A stretch of DNA of 64,000 bases from an uncultured Prevotellaceae bacterium (GTDB taxonomy: Bacteria > Bacteroidota > Bacteroidia > Bacteroidales > Bacteroidaceae). Under the pieces are notes generated by a model that was not told the origin of the DNA, did not search any database, and saw only the letters and a program-made list of their open reading frames with translations. The translations under genes and the position numbers were made by a program. This document shows positions 29,515 through 38,958 of this stretch, piece after piece. The stretch is from the NCBI GenBank assembly GCA_902783165.1, contig CACZPU010000008.1, forward strand, positions 3,487 to 67,486. The letters run 5' to 3'. Within the stretch, counting starts at the first letter, position 1; each line of letters starts with the position of its first letter.

Positions 29515-30510
29515 TTATTTTTCTGAGAATAATACTTGTATAACTGTTTGTCCCACAGCTTGAAGCGTGTTCTTGTCGATATGCTGCATATCATCATTCA
29601 CCGTATGCCATGTTGGGCCGAAGTTGCTCTGCTCACAATTTGGATAAAAGGGGATGATGTCTATGCATTGGATGCGTGCTTTTTCATTGACAGGAATATG
29701 ATCGTCGGTGATTTTTGCGCCAACTTGGTCGGGGAAATAGCTGCCGAAACCCATTACCTTGGCCGCAGCCCAAACCTTGTCTACAATATTCTGTGCATAT
29801 TGTTTCGACATTCCTTCTTGATAGAAGTGCGCACCTTGACCGCCAACCATATCCAAAAGGATTCCATAGCGTGCCTTATAGCCAGCCTTGTGCAGATTGT
29901 CAGACCAGTATTGTGCACCTAAGGCCCAGCTTTCACTGTTGTATGTGGAGGTATCCCATTGTGGCACACCCCAGTCCTCGGCATCAAAGCAGATGAAGTC
30001 TATGCCCACCTTCAACGAATCCGCCTGTTGAAGCAATCTGGCAATCTCCAACATCACGGCAACACCACTGGCACCGTCATCGGCGGCCATCACAGGCTTG
30101 TGCCAATTGGCGCTGTCTGGATCGTTGTCGGCCCATGGACGGCTGTCCCAATGTGCACAAAGCATTACCCGCTCCGTCTGTTCCGGTTTGTTGGCGGCAA
30201 TGATGTTGGTGCTGTGAAGCACGGTTCCGTCATATCCATTCAGGTCGGCTTTCTGCACGGTTACCTCGCAACCGAACTGCTTGAATTTATTTACAATCCA
30301 TTTTTCGCAGTCATCATGTGCCTTGCTGTTCATGGTACGTGGGCCGAATTCGCACTGTGCCTCACAATAGGCAAAAGCGCTATCTGCCACAAAAGACGGT
30401 CCTACAGGCACCTGGCTGACAAGGTCGACCCCGTTCAAAGCCTGCTTGTTGCTTTTGCACGAACCGAAAATTAATGCTACGGCAATGGTTGCCCAAACAA
30501 AATTTCTCAT
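29515..30510 (-). CDS. M28-family lipoprotein, probable glutaminyl cyclase
   Basis: Lipobox FGSC with AHWDSRP, ADDGASGVAV, FDAEDWG, LLDMVG, DDH and WHT motifs. Confidence 0.78.
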   Translation of the reverse strand: MRNFVWATIAVALIFGSCKSNKQALNGVDLVSQVPVGPSFVADSAFAYCEAQCEFGPRTMNSKAHDDCEKWIVNKFKQFGCEVTVQKADLNGYDGTVLHSTNIIAANKPEQTERVMLCAHWDSRPWADNDPDSANWHKPVMAADDGASGVAVMLEIARLLQQADSLKVGIDFICFDAEDWGVPQWDTSTYNSESWALGAQYWSDNLHKAGYKARYGILLDMVGGQGAHFYQEGMSKQYAQNIVDKVWAAAKVMGFGSYFPDQVGAKITDDHIPVNEKARIQCIDIIPFYPNCEQSNFGPTWHTVNDDMQHIDKNTLQAVGQTVIQVLFSEK

Positions 30511-30530
30511 ATACTATACATTATTATATA

Positions 30531-32312
30531 TTAATATGTATTATTCACCCTTTGTACTTGGGCCATGACGCGGAGCCAATTGCCACCCCAAATCTTCTCA
30601 ATGTCACGCTCGCTATATTTGCGGCGAAGCAGATGAAGAGTGAAATTGATCATTTCGCTGCTGTCGGCAAGTCCGATAATACCTCCGTCGCCATCGAAAT
30701 CGGTACCCAATCCCACGTGTTCTATTCCCATAATGCTGATGGCGTGTTCCAGATGGTCAATGGCATCGAGGACGGTTGCCTCACCGTCTTTGCGTAGGAA
30801 TCCTGAGTAGAGTGTGATGTGTGCCACTCCTCCGTGGGCGGCAAGAGCCCTCAGCTGGTCGTCGGTAAGGTTTCTTGGATGGTCGCAAAGAGCCTTGCAG
30901 TTGCTATGGCTGCAAACGATAGGTGTGGAGCTGATTTCGAGTGCATCGTAGAAACTCTTCTCTCCAGCATGGCTCAAGTCGACCATGATGCCATGGCGGT
31001 TCATTTCTTGGATGACTTTCTCTCCGAATTGGCTCACTCCATTGTGTGTGTTGCATCCGCGTGCAGAGTCGCAGATGTCATTGTCGCCATTGTGGCAGAG
31101 TGTGATGTAGACAATGCCTCTTTGGGCGAAATGCTTCACATTGGCTAAATCGTGATTCAATGCAAGACCGTTCTCTATTCCGAGCATGATGCTTTTGCGT
31201 CCCTTGCGCTTGTCTCCGTAGAGGTCGCCCGGTGTTCGTGCAATGCTTACATATTGGCTGTTCGCCTTTACTATGTCTTCAATCCTGTCGAAAATGAGAT
31301 TGGCATAGGTGAAAGGACTCAGTTCGCCGTTTTTTGTCGTGTTGTTGCTCCATGTCACATCCACCATTTTCGAGAATTGCTCGCCAATCTTGGGTTGGGG
31401 AAGATAGGCCACCATAATCACGGCATCCTGACGACCTTCAACCATCTTGTGCATATCAACGAGGATGCGTGGGTCGCGCTGCTCGAAGTGGATTCCCTTC
31501 GGGAAGAACATGGGAGTGTCACAATGGGTGTCAAGCGTGATGATGCGACGATGCAGTTGCTTGGCCACATGGAAATTCTGAGCCTGTTTTACCAGCCATT
31601 TGAAGATGGGCAGGCCCGACTCCAACCATTCTGGGTGCCATTGTACAGCCATCATAGACTTATACTCGATGCTCTCCATGGCTTCTATTACACCGTCGGG
31701 CGAAGTGGCTGTCGGGCGGAACAGTCTACCCGTGTCGCTCACGGCTTGATGGTGGAAGCTATTGACGAATATCTGTTGACTTTCGTAGAGTGAGAACAGT
31801 TCGCTGTCTTTCTCGATGGTGATGCCATGTGTGAGTTCCTGTCGGTCGGCATCTTGAGAGTGTTTGATGGTAGGCGTGGGAATATCCTGCGCCACATGGC
31901 CGTCGAAAGCCATTGCCATTGTCTGCATGCCTCGGCAGATTCCGAGCATGGGAATCTGACGGTTGTAGGCCAAACGGGCCAGCATAAGCTCTGCCTTATC
32001 GCGGTGCGCATTGATACCTCTCAGTCGCGGCGACGGGTCTTCACCTGCCCATAGCGGATTGATGTCAGCGCCACCGCTGAAGAGCAGTCCGTCAATATGC
32101 TCGAGTGTGTTGATGAGCACATTCTTGTCTGCAACAGGAGGAATCAGTACGGGCGTACCTCCAGCGGCAACCACCTGCATATAGTATCTGTCGCGTAGTG
32201 CTGCGTCACCGTCCACATAGTTGCAAGTGATGCCTATCAGCGGCTGGTGTTCTGCCTCGGGGAAGGAGGAGTAGATTTTGGCTAGATGCGCTTTTAGGTT
32301 GAAATTTTCCAT
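30531..32312 (-). CDS. Fusion of peptidase C26 (gamma-glutamyl hydrolase) and M19 dipeptidase
   Basis: N half has SGGADI, GICRGMQ, NSFHHQ and QWHPE. C half has DTHCD, LGIENG, VDLSH, SHSN and GTDFDG. Confidence 0.85.
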   Translation of the reverse strand: MENFNLKAHLAKIYSSFPEAEHQPLIGITCNYVDGDAALRDRYYMQVVAAGGTPVLIPPVADKNVLINTLEHIDGLLFSGGADINPLWAGEDPSPRLRGINAHRDKAELMLARLAYNRQIPMLGICRGMQTMAMAFDGHVAQDIPTPTIKHSQDADRQELTHGITIEKDSELFSLYESQQIFVNSFHHQAVSDTGRLFRPTATSPDGVIEAMESIEYKSMMAVQWHPEWLESGLPIFKWLVKQAQNFHVAKQLHRRIITLDTHCDTPMFFPKGIHFEQRDPRILVDMHKMVEGRQDAVIMVAYLPQPKIGEQFSKMVDVTWSNNTTKNGELSPFTYANLIFDRIEDIVKANSQYVSIARTPGDLYGDKRKGRKSIMLGIENGLALNHDLANVKHFAQRGIVYITLCHNGDNDICDSARGCNTHNGVSQFGEKVIQEMNRHGIMVDLSHAGEKSFYDALEISSTPIVCSHSNCKALCDHPRNLTDDQLRALAAHGGVAHITLYSGFLRKDGEATVLDAIDHLEHAISIMGIEHVGLGTDFDGDGGIIGLADSSEMINFTLHLLRRKYSERDIEKIWGGNWLRVMAQVQRVNNTY

Positions 32313-32330
32313 GCTTGCTTCCCTTCCGTT

Positions 32331-32795
32331 CTAACCTTCCGCTTCAATTGGTATTTCGCGATGGATGCTTTGCTCCAGCGAGATGAGCGTCTCGGTGGTC
32401 ATCACTCCCGGAATGCATTGCATTTGGTTGTTGAGCAAGTCCATCAGTTGTTCGTTGTCGCGTGCATACAGTTTCACCAACATGGTGTAAGGACCAGTGG
32501 TGAAGTGGCATTCCACCACTTCTGGAATGTGCTGAAGGCGTTCCACCACTTGTTTGTACATGTTACCCCGTTCGAGTGTAATACCTACGAATGTACAAGT
32601 GCTGTATCCTAGTGCTTTGGGATTTACGTCGAATCCGCTGCCTGTAATTACTCCGTCTTCTATCAGGTGCTGCACACGTTGGTGGATGGCAGCTCTTGAC
32701 ACATTGCATTCACCGGCCACATCTTTGAACGGCACTCGGGCATTCAACGACAAGATACTCAATATTTTCTTGTCCAAACGGTCTATTTTTTCCAT
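32331..32795 (-). CDS. Lrp/AsnC-family transcriptional regulator
   Basis: IDRLDKKIL, NARVPF, ECHFTTG and TETLISL motifs. The -7 box TATATTTG is at 32834-32841. Start moved to MEKID. Confidence 0.9.
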   Translation of the reverse strand: MEKIDRLDKKILSILSLNARVPFKDVAGECNVSRAAIHQRVQHLIEDGVITGSGFDVNPKALGYSTCTFVGITLERGNMYKQVVERLQHIPEVVECHFTTGPYTMLVKLYARDNEQLMDLLNNQMQCIPGVMTTETLISLEQSIHREIPIEAEG

Positions 32796-33087
32796 TTCGA
32801 TAGGTTGTATTAAATAAGTTGATAATTTGTTAGCAAATATAGGACATTTGGGCGAATTATGCAACATTCTTGCAAATTTTTTTGTATTTCTTTGCGGTTT
32901 TTGTTACATTTTGTCACTTTTGGAAGGCATCTCCCTTTCCTGTTTGATATTTTGAAGACCACTTGTTTGCTCCATAGTGCATGGGCGTCTTTGTAGAAAA
33001 GTACGATTTTGACTGATATTCCGAATACTTCTTTTCTATTTACGATTTTTTTATTATTTTTGTAACCATAACCAACAGATATGCCAC

Positions 33088-33816
33088 ATGACCGTACAAC
33101 AATTCATTCAGAACTACAGAGAGGCATTTGGAAGCAAAGTGCCATTGCCTTTGCTCTTTGGATATAGTACCGAGGCGGTGGCCGAAACACCCAAAATCGG
33201 CGGATGTTTTTTCAAGGGACTGCAAGCTGCAAGAGAGGGCATTCCCGTCAGTCTTAGTGCCGATGTCATCGGTTGTGGTGGAGGAAAACTCTACACGGGA
33301 TTCTCTGACATGCCTGAGCGAGTGCCCGGATTCGTCTCGTTGAAGGAGAAATACAAGCAAACACCCCAAATGGTGGTTGACTATATAGATAGTCTTGACA
33401 TGAAAAGGGCCGAGAAGCCATATCTGAATTTCGTCAGAATAGACAAGGCGGAATCGTTCGATGGCTACGAGGGAATTCTTTTCTATGCCACACCCGACAT
33501 GTTGTCGGGTCTCTGCGGATGGGCTTTCTTCGACTGTGGTGAGCCAGATGCCGTTGTTTCACGTTTCGGTTCAGGATGCAGTAGCGTTGTTTCGATGACC
33601 ATTGTCGAGAACGAAAGGCAGGGCTATCGTTGTTTCCTTGGCCTTTTCGACCCATCGGTGCGCCCTTGGGTGGGACGCAACGAACTTAGTTTCACCATTC
33701 CCATCTGTCGTTTCACACAAATGATGGAGACGATGAAAGACTGTTTCCTGTTCGACTCCCATGCGTGGGCAAAAATAAGGAACAGGCTGGAGACCGCCGA
33801 TGATATCGCCGAATGA
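33088..33816 (+). CDS. DUF169-family protein
   Basis: GGCFF, IGCGGG, PDMLSGL, FGSGC and DPSVRP motifs. The -7 box is at 33055-33062. Confidence 0.7.
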   Translation: MTVQQFIQNYREAFGSKVPLPLLFGYSTEAVAETPKIGGCFFKGLQAAREGIPVSLSADVIGCGGGKLYTGFSDMPERVPGFVSLKEKYKQTPQMVVDYIDSLDMKRAEKPYLNFVRIDKAESFDGYEGILFYATPDMLSGLCGWAFFDCGEPDAVVSRFGSGCSSVVSMTIVENERQGYRCFLGLFDPSVRPWVGRNELSFTIPICRFTQMMETMKDCFLFDSHAWAKIRNRLETADDIAE

Positions 33817-33934
33817 CGGCTTGTGGGTAGCATTCAAACCTAACTCCTTGCCGAAGGTGTCTTGTTCTCGCAGACCGCCTTGAGGTAGAACAACAACAAA
33901 CAGAACAATAATCATAAAGACAAACTATTTCAGT

Positions 33935-35056
33935 ATGGAAAACAAGCTAACCGACAATTGCATGAAATTGGGTTTCGGTATGATGCGACTGCCGAAAATT
34001 GAAGGAACGAAAGACATTGATATTGAGCACACCAAGAGAATGGTGGATGCTTTCATACAGGCTGGCGGCAAATATTTTGACACCGCCTATGTATACGAAG
34101 GTTCGGAGGCTGCCACCAAACTTGCGCTCTGCGACCGATATCCTCGCGATAGCTATTACCTAGCCGACAAGCTCAATGCCTCTGACTTTGCCTGCAAGAC
34201 CGAGGAAGAGGCCAAGAACGAAATCAATGTCAGCCTTGAGCGCACAGGCGCGGGATACTTCGATTTCTATCTTCTCCATGGCATCGATTCGGGCAACAAG
34301 GACAAATACACTCAATATGGCATTTGGGATTACGTGAAGGGCCTGAAGGAAAAGGGGCTTGTCCGCCACTATGGATTCTCCTTCCACTCTGACCCCGACC
34401 AGCTCGAGGAACTGCTCACCGAACATCCCGATGTTGAATTTGTGCAACTCCAAATCAACTATTCCGATTGGGACGACCCTTTCATCGCATCGCGCCGCTG
34501 CTATGAAGTGGCCACTCGTCATGGTGTGCCCATTGTCGTGATGGAGCCCGTGAAAGGTGGCAAGCTAAGCAATCCTCCTCAGCAGGTGAAGGATATTCTG
34601 AAACAAGCCAACCCCGAGGCATCCTATGCATCATGGGCCATCCGATTTGCTGCATCGCTGCCCAATGTGATGATGGTGCTCAGCGGTATGTCGAACATGG
34701 AGCAAATGGAAGACAATGTGTCATTCATGCACGAACTGCAACCCCTGAATGATGAAGAACAGCGTGTTTTGGCAGCTGCCTGCAAGGCATTGTCAGAGTT
34801 CGATGGCATTGCTTGCACCGCTTGCCATTATTGTACTCCCGGCTGTCCCATGGAAATTCACATTCCCGAGATTTTTGCGGTGATGAATGTGTACAAGATG
34901 TATGGCGACTTGAACGAGGCGCGCAACGAATACCAATGGCGTCCTGGGGGTGAGAAGGCCTCGGCTTGTGTGCAATGTGGTCAGTGTGAGAATGCTTGTC
35001 CGCAGCATCTTCCCATCATCAGTCTGCTGGAAGAGGTGGCGGAAACGTTGGAGTGA
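33935..35056 (+). CDS. Cytoplasmic aldo/keto reductase with 4Fe-4S dicluster
   Basis: LGFGMMRLP, FDTAYVY, LLHG, CTACHYCTPGCP and CVQCGQCENACP motifs. No export signal. Confidence 0.88.
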   Translation: MENKLTDNCMKLGFGMMRLPKIEGTKDIDIEHTKRMVDAFIQAGGKYFDTAYVYEGSEAATKLALCDRYPRDSYYLADKLNASDFACKTEEEAKNEINVSLERTGAGYFDFYLLHGIDSGNKDKYTQYGIWDYVKGLKEKGLVRHYGFSFHSDPDQLEELLTEHPDVEFVQLQINYSDWDDPFIASRRCYEVATRHGVPIVVMEPVKGGKLSNPPQQVKDILKQANPEASYASWAIRFAASLPNVMMVLSGMSNMEQMEDNVSFMHELQPLNDEEQRVLAAACKALSEFDGIACTACHYCTPGCPMEIHIPEIFAVMNVYKMYGDLNEARNEYQWRPGGEKASACVQCGQCENACPQHLPIISLLEEVAETLE

Positions 35057-35313
35057 TGCCGGCCTATGCCATCTTTCGAGGCATTTGGCGACCGAGTTCT
35101 CTGTCGGCTACCGATTGTAAAAGGATGGAATAGGGGAGTGGTATCATCATTAGAGCGCTCCGTTTTTTGAGTCAGCAGTCCATGACTTGTTCTGTTTGGC
35201 GCTTTCATACAAACGTATTTCACATGGCCTGGCCAACATATTGGCCAGGCTTATTTGTGCCATTCCCGAACAAGCAGAAAAAGATGGTTTGATGATGAAT
35301 GATGATTTGGATT

Positions 35314-35456
35314 ATTACAGATGCTTTGTAGAAGTTCTACAAGGCATCTGTAATACTTCTACAAAGCATTTGTAATCATTCTACAAAGCATTTGTAATAC
35401 TTCTACAGATTATGTCTTAAAATCCTGTAATCCAATTACAGACAATCTTTGTAGAA
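35314..35456. repeat. 22-bp tandem array (consensus TTCTACAAAGCATTTGTAATAC) with inverted copies
   Basis: Direct copies at 35335, 35357 and 35379, a partial copy at 35401, an inverted copy at 35314-35333 and a degenerate inverted copy at 35435-35456. Confidence 0.9.
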
Positions 35457-35461
35457 GGTTT

Positions 35462-35501
35462 ACCCTTTTTGCAAAAGGCGTATCCGTTTGCAAAACAGGG
35501 T
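35462..35501 (-). terminator. Probable terminator of the FKBP operon
   Basis: ACCCT/AGGGT and TTTTGCAAA/TTTGCAAAA arms directly after the 35503 stop. Confidence 0.5.
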
Positions 35502-35502
35502 G

Positions 35503-36438
35503 TTATTTGACGATATCTATCAGTTCGAGCGTGAAAATGAGGGTGCTACAGGGAGGAATCTCGCCCATGTCGCGTTTGCCGTATGCCAGTTCTTGTGGGA
35601 TGAAGAGTTTCCACTTGCTGCCCACGGGCATCATGGTGAGTGCTTCTGTCCAACCCTTGATGAGCTGGTTGGCGCGGAACTTGTTGGTTTGTTCCGTACG
35701 CTTGTAGCTGCTGTCGAACACAGTTCCGTCGATGAGGCTGCCCTCGTATTTCACAATGACCTCATCGTCGGCCTTCGGGATGGCACCGTTTCCCTGGGTG
35801 AGAACGATATATTGCAATCCGCTGGGTGTGGTTTTCACTCCCTCGCGCAGCTTGTTTTCAGCAAGGAATTGCTCTCCGGCCTTCCTATTGGTCTCTGCTT
35901 GGGCCGCTTTCTTGGCGTCTTCTTCCAGTTTTTTCTTTGCTTTTATCTCGGCAACCTTCTCCATGCACCCTTTGAAAAGTTTGTTGGCGTCGTTGGAAGA
36001 TATCAGCGTGGTGTCGTTTTTCAATGCAGCGATGAAGCCTTGGTAGAAGAGAGGAGCCTGAACGCTGTCGGAAACGGTTGCCAACGAGCTTGAGATGTCG
36101 GACAGCATGCGCTCTTTCACCATTTTGGCTATTTGTATGCCGGCGCTATAGGCCTTGACAGGGTCGTCGAAATTGCTCTTCACGGCGTCCTCGAAACCGC
36201 GTACGAAATCGTCGAGAAAGGCTTCCTCCACCCCATATTGTTGTTTGATATAGTTGGTGAGACCTTCTGTGACGGCCATTCCCGAGGCAAAGCTGATGGA
36301 ATCGGAAGGAGTGTTCAGAACGACAGCAGGCATTTGAGTGGCGGCTTTTTTCTTCTTCTTGTCCTTCTTTTCAGCATTGGCCTGGCAGAAAGAAGCACCC
36401 ACCACGAGGGTGAGTGCTATGATAATAATCTTTCTCAT
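35503..36438 (-). CDS. FKBP-type peptidyl-prolyl isomerase (secreted, duplicated N-domain)
   Basis: VKYEGSLIDGTVFDSS, LIKGWTEAL, MPVGSKW and ELAYG motifs, with a signal peptide. Confidence 0.92.
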   Translation of the reverse strand: MRKIIIIALTLVVGASFCQANAEKKDKKKKKAATQMPAVVLNTPSDSISFASGMAVTEGLTNYIKQQYGVEEAFLDDFVRGFEDAVKSNFDDPVKAYSAGIQIAKMVKERMLSDISSSLATVSDSVQAPLFYQGFIAALKNDTTLISSNDANKLFKGCMEKVAEIKAKKKLEEDAKKAAQAETNRKAGEQFLAENKLREGVKTTPSGLQYIVLTQGNGAIPKADDEVIVKYEGSLIDGTVFDSSYKRTEQTNKFRANQLIKGWTEALTMMPVGSKWKLFIPQELAYGKRDMGEIPPCSTLIFTLELIDIVK

Positions 36439-36455
36439 TTCTGGAAAGAGTTTTG

Positions 36456-37325
36456 TTATTTAATACCAAGAAGCTCGATAGTGAAGATGAGAGCAGAGAA
36501 TGGCTTGATTTCGCGCTGCTCGCGAGCACCATAGGCTTTCTCTTGAGGAATCACAACCTCCCACTTAGAGCCGACTGGCATGTGAGTGAGTGCCTCTGTC
36601 CATCCGGGAATCACTTGGTTGGCGCGGAATGTAGCACTCTGCTTGCGGTCGTAAGAACTGTCGAACACCTTGCCGTCGATAGTCTTTCCCTCGTAGTTCA
36701 CTTCCACATTAGAGGTGTCTTTGGGGAGTGCGCCAGTACCAACGTTGATAACACGGTAGAGCACACCGCCAGGGAGTTTCTTCACGCCTTCTTTCTTGGC
36801 GTACTCGGCCACATATTTCTCGCCGGCAGCCTTGTTGTCGCCATAGAGATCTTCCATGCTCTTTGCCTTGATTTGCTCCATTTTGACCTGAGCAAGCTGC
36901 TGAGCCTCCATAACATTCATCAGGCCTTTCTTGCCCATTGTGCCGGTGATGAAGGCCGACATGAAGTTTTTCAGAGAGATGGTCTTGGTGGAATCATCGC
37001 CGAAGATGTCGTGGTTGATGCCACGAATCATCTGAGTGCTGATTTGCTGACCAATCTGGATACCAGCATAGTAGGCAGCCTTTGCCTTGTTGTCGCCAGC
37101 GTTTGCACCTTCGTTGAGACCTTTGATGAACTGGTCCATGTAAGCGGTGTCAACGCCCATTCGTCCTACGAGATATTCCTTCAGACCCTGTGTCTGTGCC
37201 ATACCGATAGCATAGCTCAGACTATCGATGTCTGTTTTCAGACTAGCTCTTGGAGTACCATTGCCGCATGCTGAGAAAACGATAGCGGCGATAGCCATAA
37301 CGGCTACAAAAGATAATTTTTTCAT
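36456..37325 (-). CDS. FKBP-type peptidyl-prolyl isomerase (lipoprotein)
   Basis: Lipobox FSAC with NYEGKTIDGKVFDSS and VIPGWTEAL motifs. Confidence 0.92.
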   Translation of the reverse strand: MKKLSFVAVMAIAAIVFSACGNGTPRASLKTDIDSLSYAIGMAQTQGLKEYLVGRMGVDTAYMDQFIKGLNEGANAGDNKAKAAYYAGIQIGQQISTQMIRGINHDIFGDDSTKTISLKNFMSAFITGTMGKKGLMNVMEAQQLAQVKMEQIKAKSMEDLYGDNKAAGEKYVAEYAKKEGVKKLPGGVLYRVINVGTGALPKDTSNVEVNYEGKTIDGKVFDSSYDRKQSATFRANQVIPGWTEALTHMPVGSKWEVVIPQEKAYGAREQREIKPFSALIFTIELLGIK

Positions 37326-37373
37326 TGTTTTGTTTTTATAATTGTTAATGATGTTCCTTTGTTTTTCGGGTGG

Positions 37374-37979
37374 CTACAGCACATTGAGCAGTTCCACGTC
37401 GAAGATGAGCGCAGCATAGGGTGGTATGCTGTTGCCGGCACCGCTTGGCCCATAGGCCAGCAGATAGGGTATGAAGAAGCGGTATTTGGCACCTTCTTTC
37501 ATCAGTTGGAGACCTTCTGTCCATCCGGCAATCACTTGCTGGAGGCCAAACACTGCGGGCTCTCCGCGCTGCACGCTGCTATCAAACACGGTACCGTTGA
37601 TGAGGAATCCTTCATAGTGGCAGCGCACCTTGTCGGTGGCTTTCGGGCTCTTGCCGTTGCCTTCTTTCAGAACCATGTATTGCAGACCGCTCTTGCAGGT
37701 GACCACTCCCTCTTTCTTGGCATTGTCTTCGAGGAATTTCTCGCCGGCCACTTTGGCCTCTTTTCCTTTTGCCTCACGCTCCTTGTTGAGTTCCTCTTCG
37801 CGTTTCTGGAAGTATTGCTGTACATGAGCTTGTGCTTCGCGATGACCAATTTTCAATTCATTTCCTTCGATGACGTCGCGCACAGCTGCAGAAAAGTCTT
37901 CTATAGAGAAATGTTCAATGCCCATTTGGGCAAGCTGCTGACCGATACCCAGTCCCAGCCCGTAACTTAGTTTATCCAT
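37374..37979 (-). CDS. FKBP-type peptidyl-prolyl isomerase (cytoplasmic, FklB-like)
   Basis: MDKLSYGLG start with HYEGFLINGTVFDSS and VIAGWTEGLQ motifs. The -7 box TACCTTTG is at 38067-38074 on minus. Confidence 0.92.
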   Translation of the reverse strand: MDKLSYGLGLGIGQQLAQMGIEHFSIEDFSAAVRDVIEGNELKIGHREAQAHVQQYFQKREEELNKEREAKGKEAKVAGEKFLEDNAKKEGVVTCKSGLQYMVLKEGNGKSPKATDKVRCHYEGFLINGTVFDSSVQRGEPAVFGLQQVIAGWTEGLQLMKEGAKYRFFIPYLLAYGPSGAGNSIPPYAALIFDVELLNVL

Positions 37980-38201
37980 GTTTAATTCTACGTAAAATAT
38001 TGATAAAGCCTGCTTGCCTTCCGATGCGAAAACCGTTTTTTTGCAAGTTGTTGTTTTAAAACGTGGCAAAGGTACTATTTTTCTTGGATTTACTTGCCGT
38101 TATTGAGAAAAAATTCGTATTTTTGTGCAAATTTTAGAATCTATATCATCTAATAAGAGATGTAGGAATAGTGAAAGGGTAAATTAAAAACAATTATAGA
38201 G

Positions 38202-38894
38202 ATGAAAAAGATAGTTGTATTGACTGGTGCCGGTATGTCGGCAGAGAGCGGTCTGAGCACATTCCGCGATGCCAACGGCCTATGGGAACAGCACGAGGTG
38301 CAGCGTGTGGCTACTCATGAAGCTTGGGAGGACGATCCTGTGTATGTGAATAATTTCTACAACATGCTGAGGAAAAAGCTGGTGGCTGCTCGTCCCAACG
38401 AAGGGCATTTGTTGGTGGCTAAGCTGGAAGAGCAATACGATGTGACGGTAGTCACACAGAATGTGGACAATCTGCACGAGATGGCTGGTTCAAGCAATGT
38501 GATTCACCTTCACGGCGAGCTGATGAAAGTGTGCTCGAGCCGCGATGTGGACAATCCCCGTTATCAAAAGACCCTTTCGGAGCCCAATCTGGAAGTGGCT
38601 CCTGGAGAGAAAGCCGGCGACGGTTCGTTGCTCCGCCCGTTCATCGTGTTCTTTGGCGAGGGCGTTCCCAATATAAGTCTTGCCGCCAACGAAGCATCCA
38701 AAGCCGACATCTTTATCATCATCGGCACCTCGCTGAACGTTTATCCAGCTGCCGGGCTTGTGCAATACACACGTCCGGGAATACCTGTCTATCTGATTGA
38801 CCCTAAGGATGTGAGAGCTGGCGGAGGCGTGCAGCATATCCAGAAAGGTGCCAGCGAAGGAATGCGCGAACTGGTAAAAATATTGATGAAATAA
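38202..38894 (+). CDS. NAD-dependent protein deacylase (sirtuin, CobB/Sir2)
   Basis: GAGMSAESG, TQNVD, HLHG, RPFIVFFGE and IGTS motifs. The -7 box is at 38118-38125. Confidence 0.92.
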   Translation: MKKIVVLTGAGMSAESGLSTFRDANGLWEQHEVQRVATHEAWEDDPVYVNNFYNMLRKKLVAARPNEGHLLVAKLEEQYDVTVVTQNVDNLHEMAGSSNVIHLHGELMKVCSSRDVDNPRYQKTLSEPNLEVAPGEKAGDGSLLRPFIVFFGEGVPNISLAANEASKADIFIIIGTSLNVYPAAGLVQYTRPGIPVYLIDPKDVRAGGGVQHIQKGASEGMRELVKILMK

Positions 38895-38921
38895 GGAATT
38901 GTGTAGATTGAAAATATATAT

Positions 38922-38958
38922 TAATATCTCCGCAACATAAAAAATAATATCTCTGCAA
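38922..38958 (+). promoter_or_regulatory. Tandem direct repeat upstream of a promoter (candidate operator)
   Basis: TAATATCTC(C/T)GCAA at 38922 and 38945, 23 bp apart. The -7 box TACCTTTG is at 38984-38991. Confidence 0.5.

Noticed and set aside
35187-35375. 62-aa ORF ending in VLQGICNTSTKHL
   Set aside because: It is a translation artefact of the 22-bp array.
35314-35456. CRISPR interpretation of the 22-bp arrays (also 54141-54249)
   Set aside because: Units are contiguous with no unique spacers, and there are no cas genes in the window.
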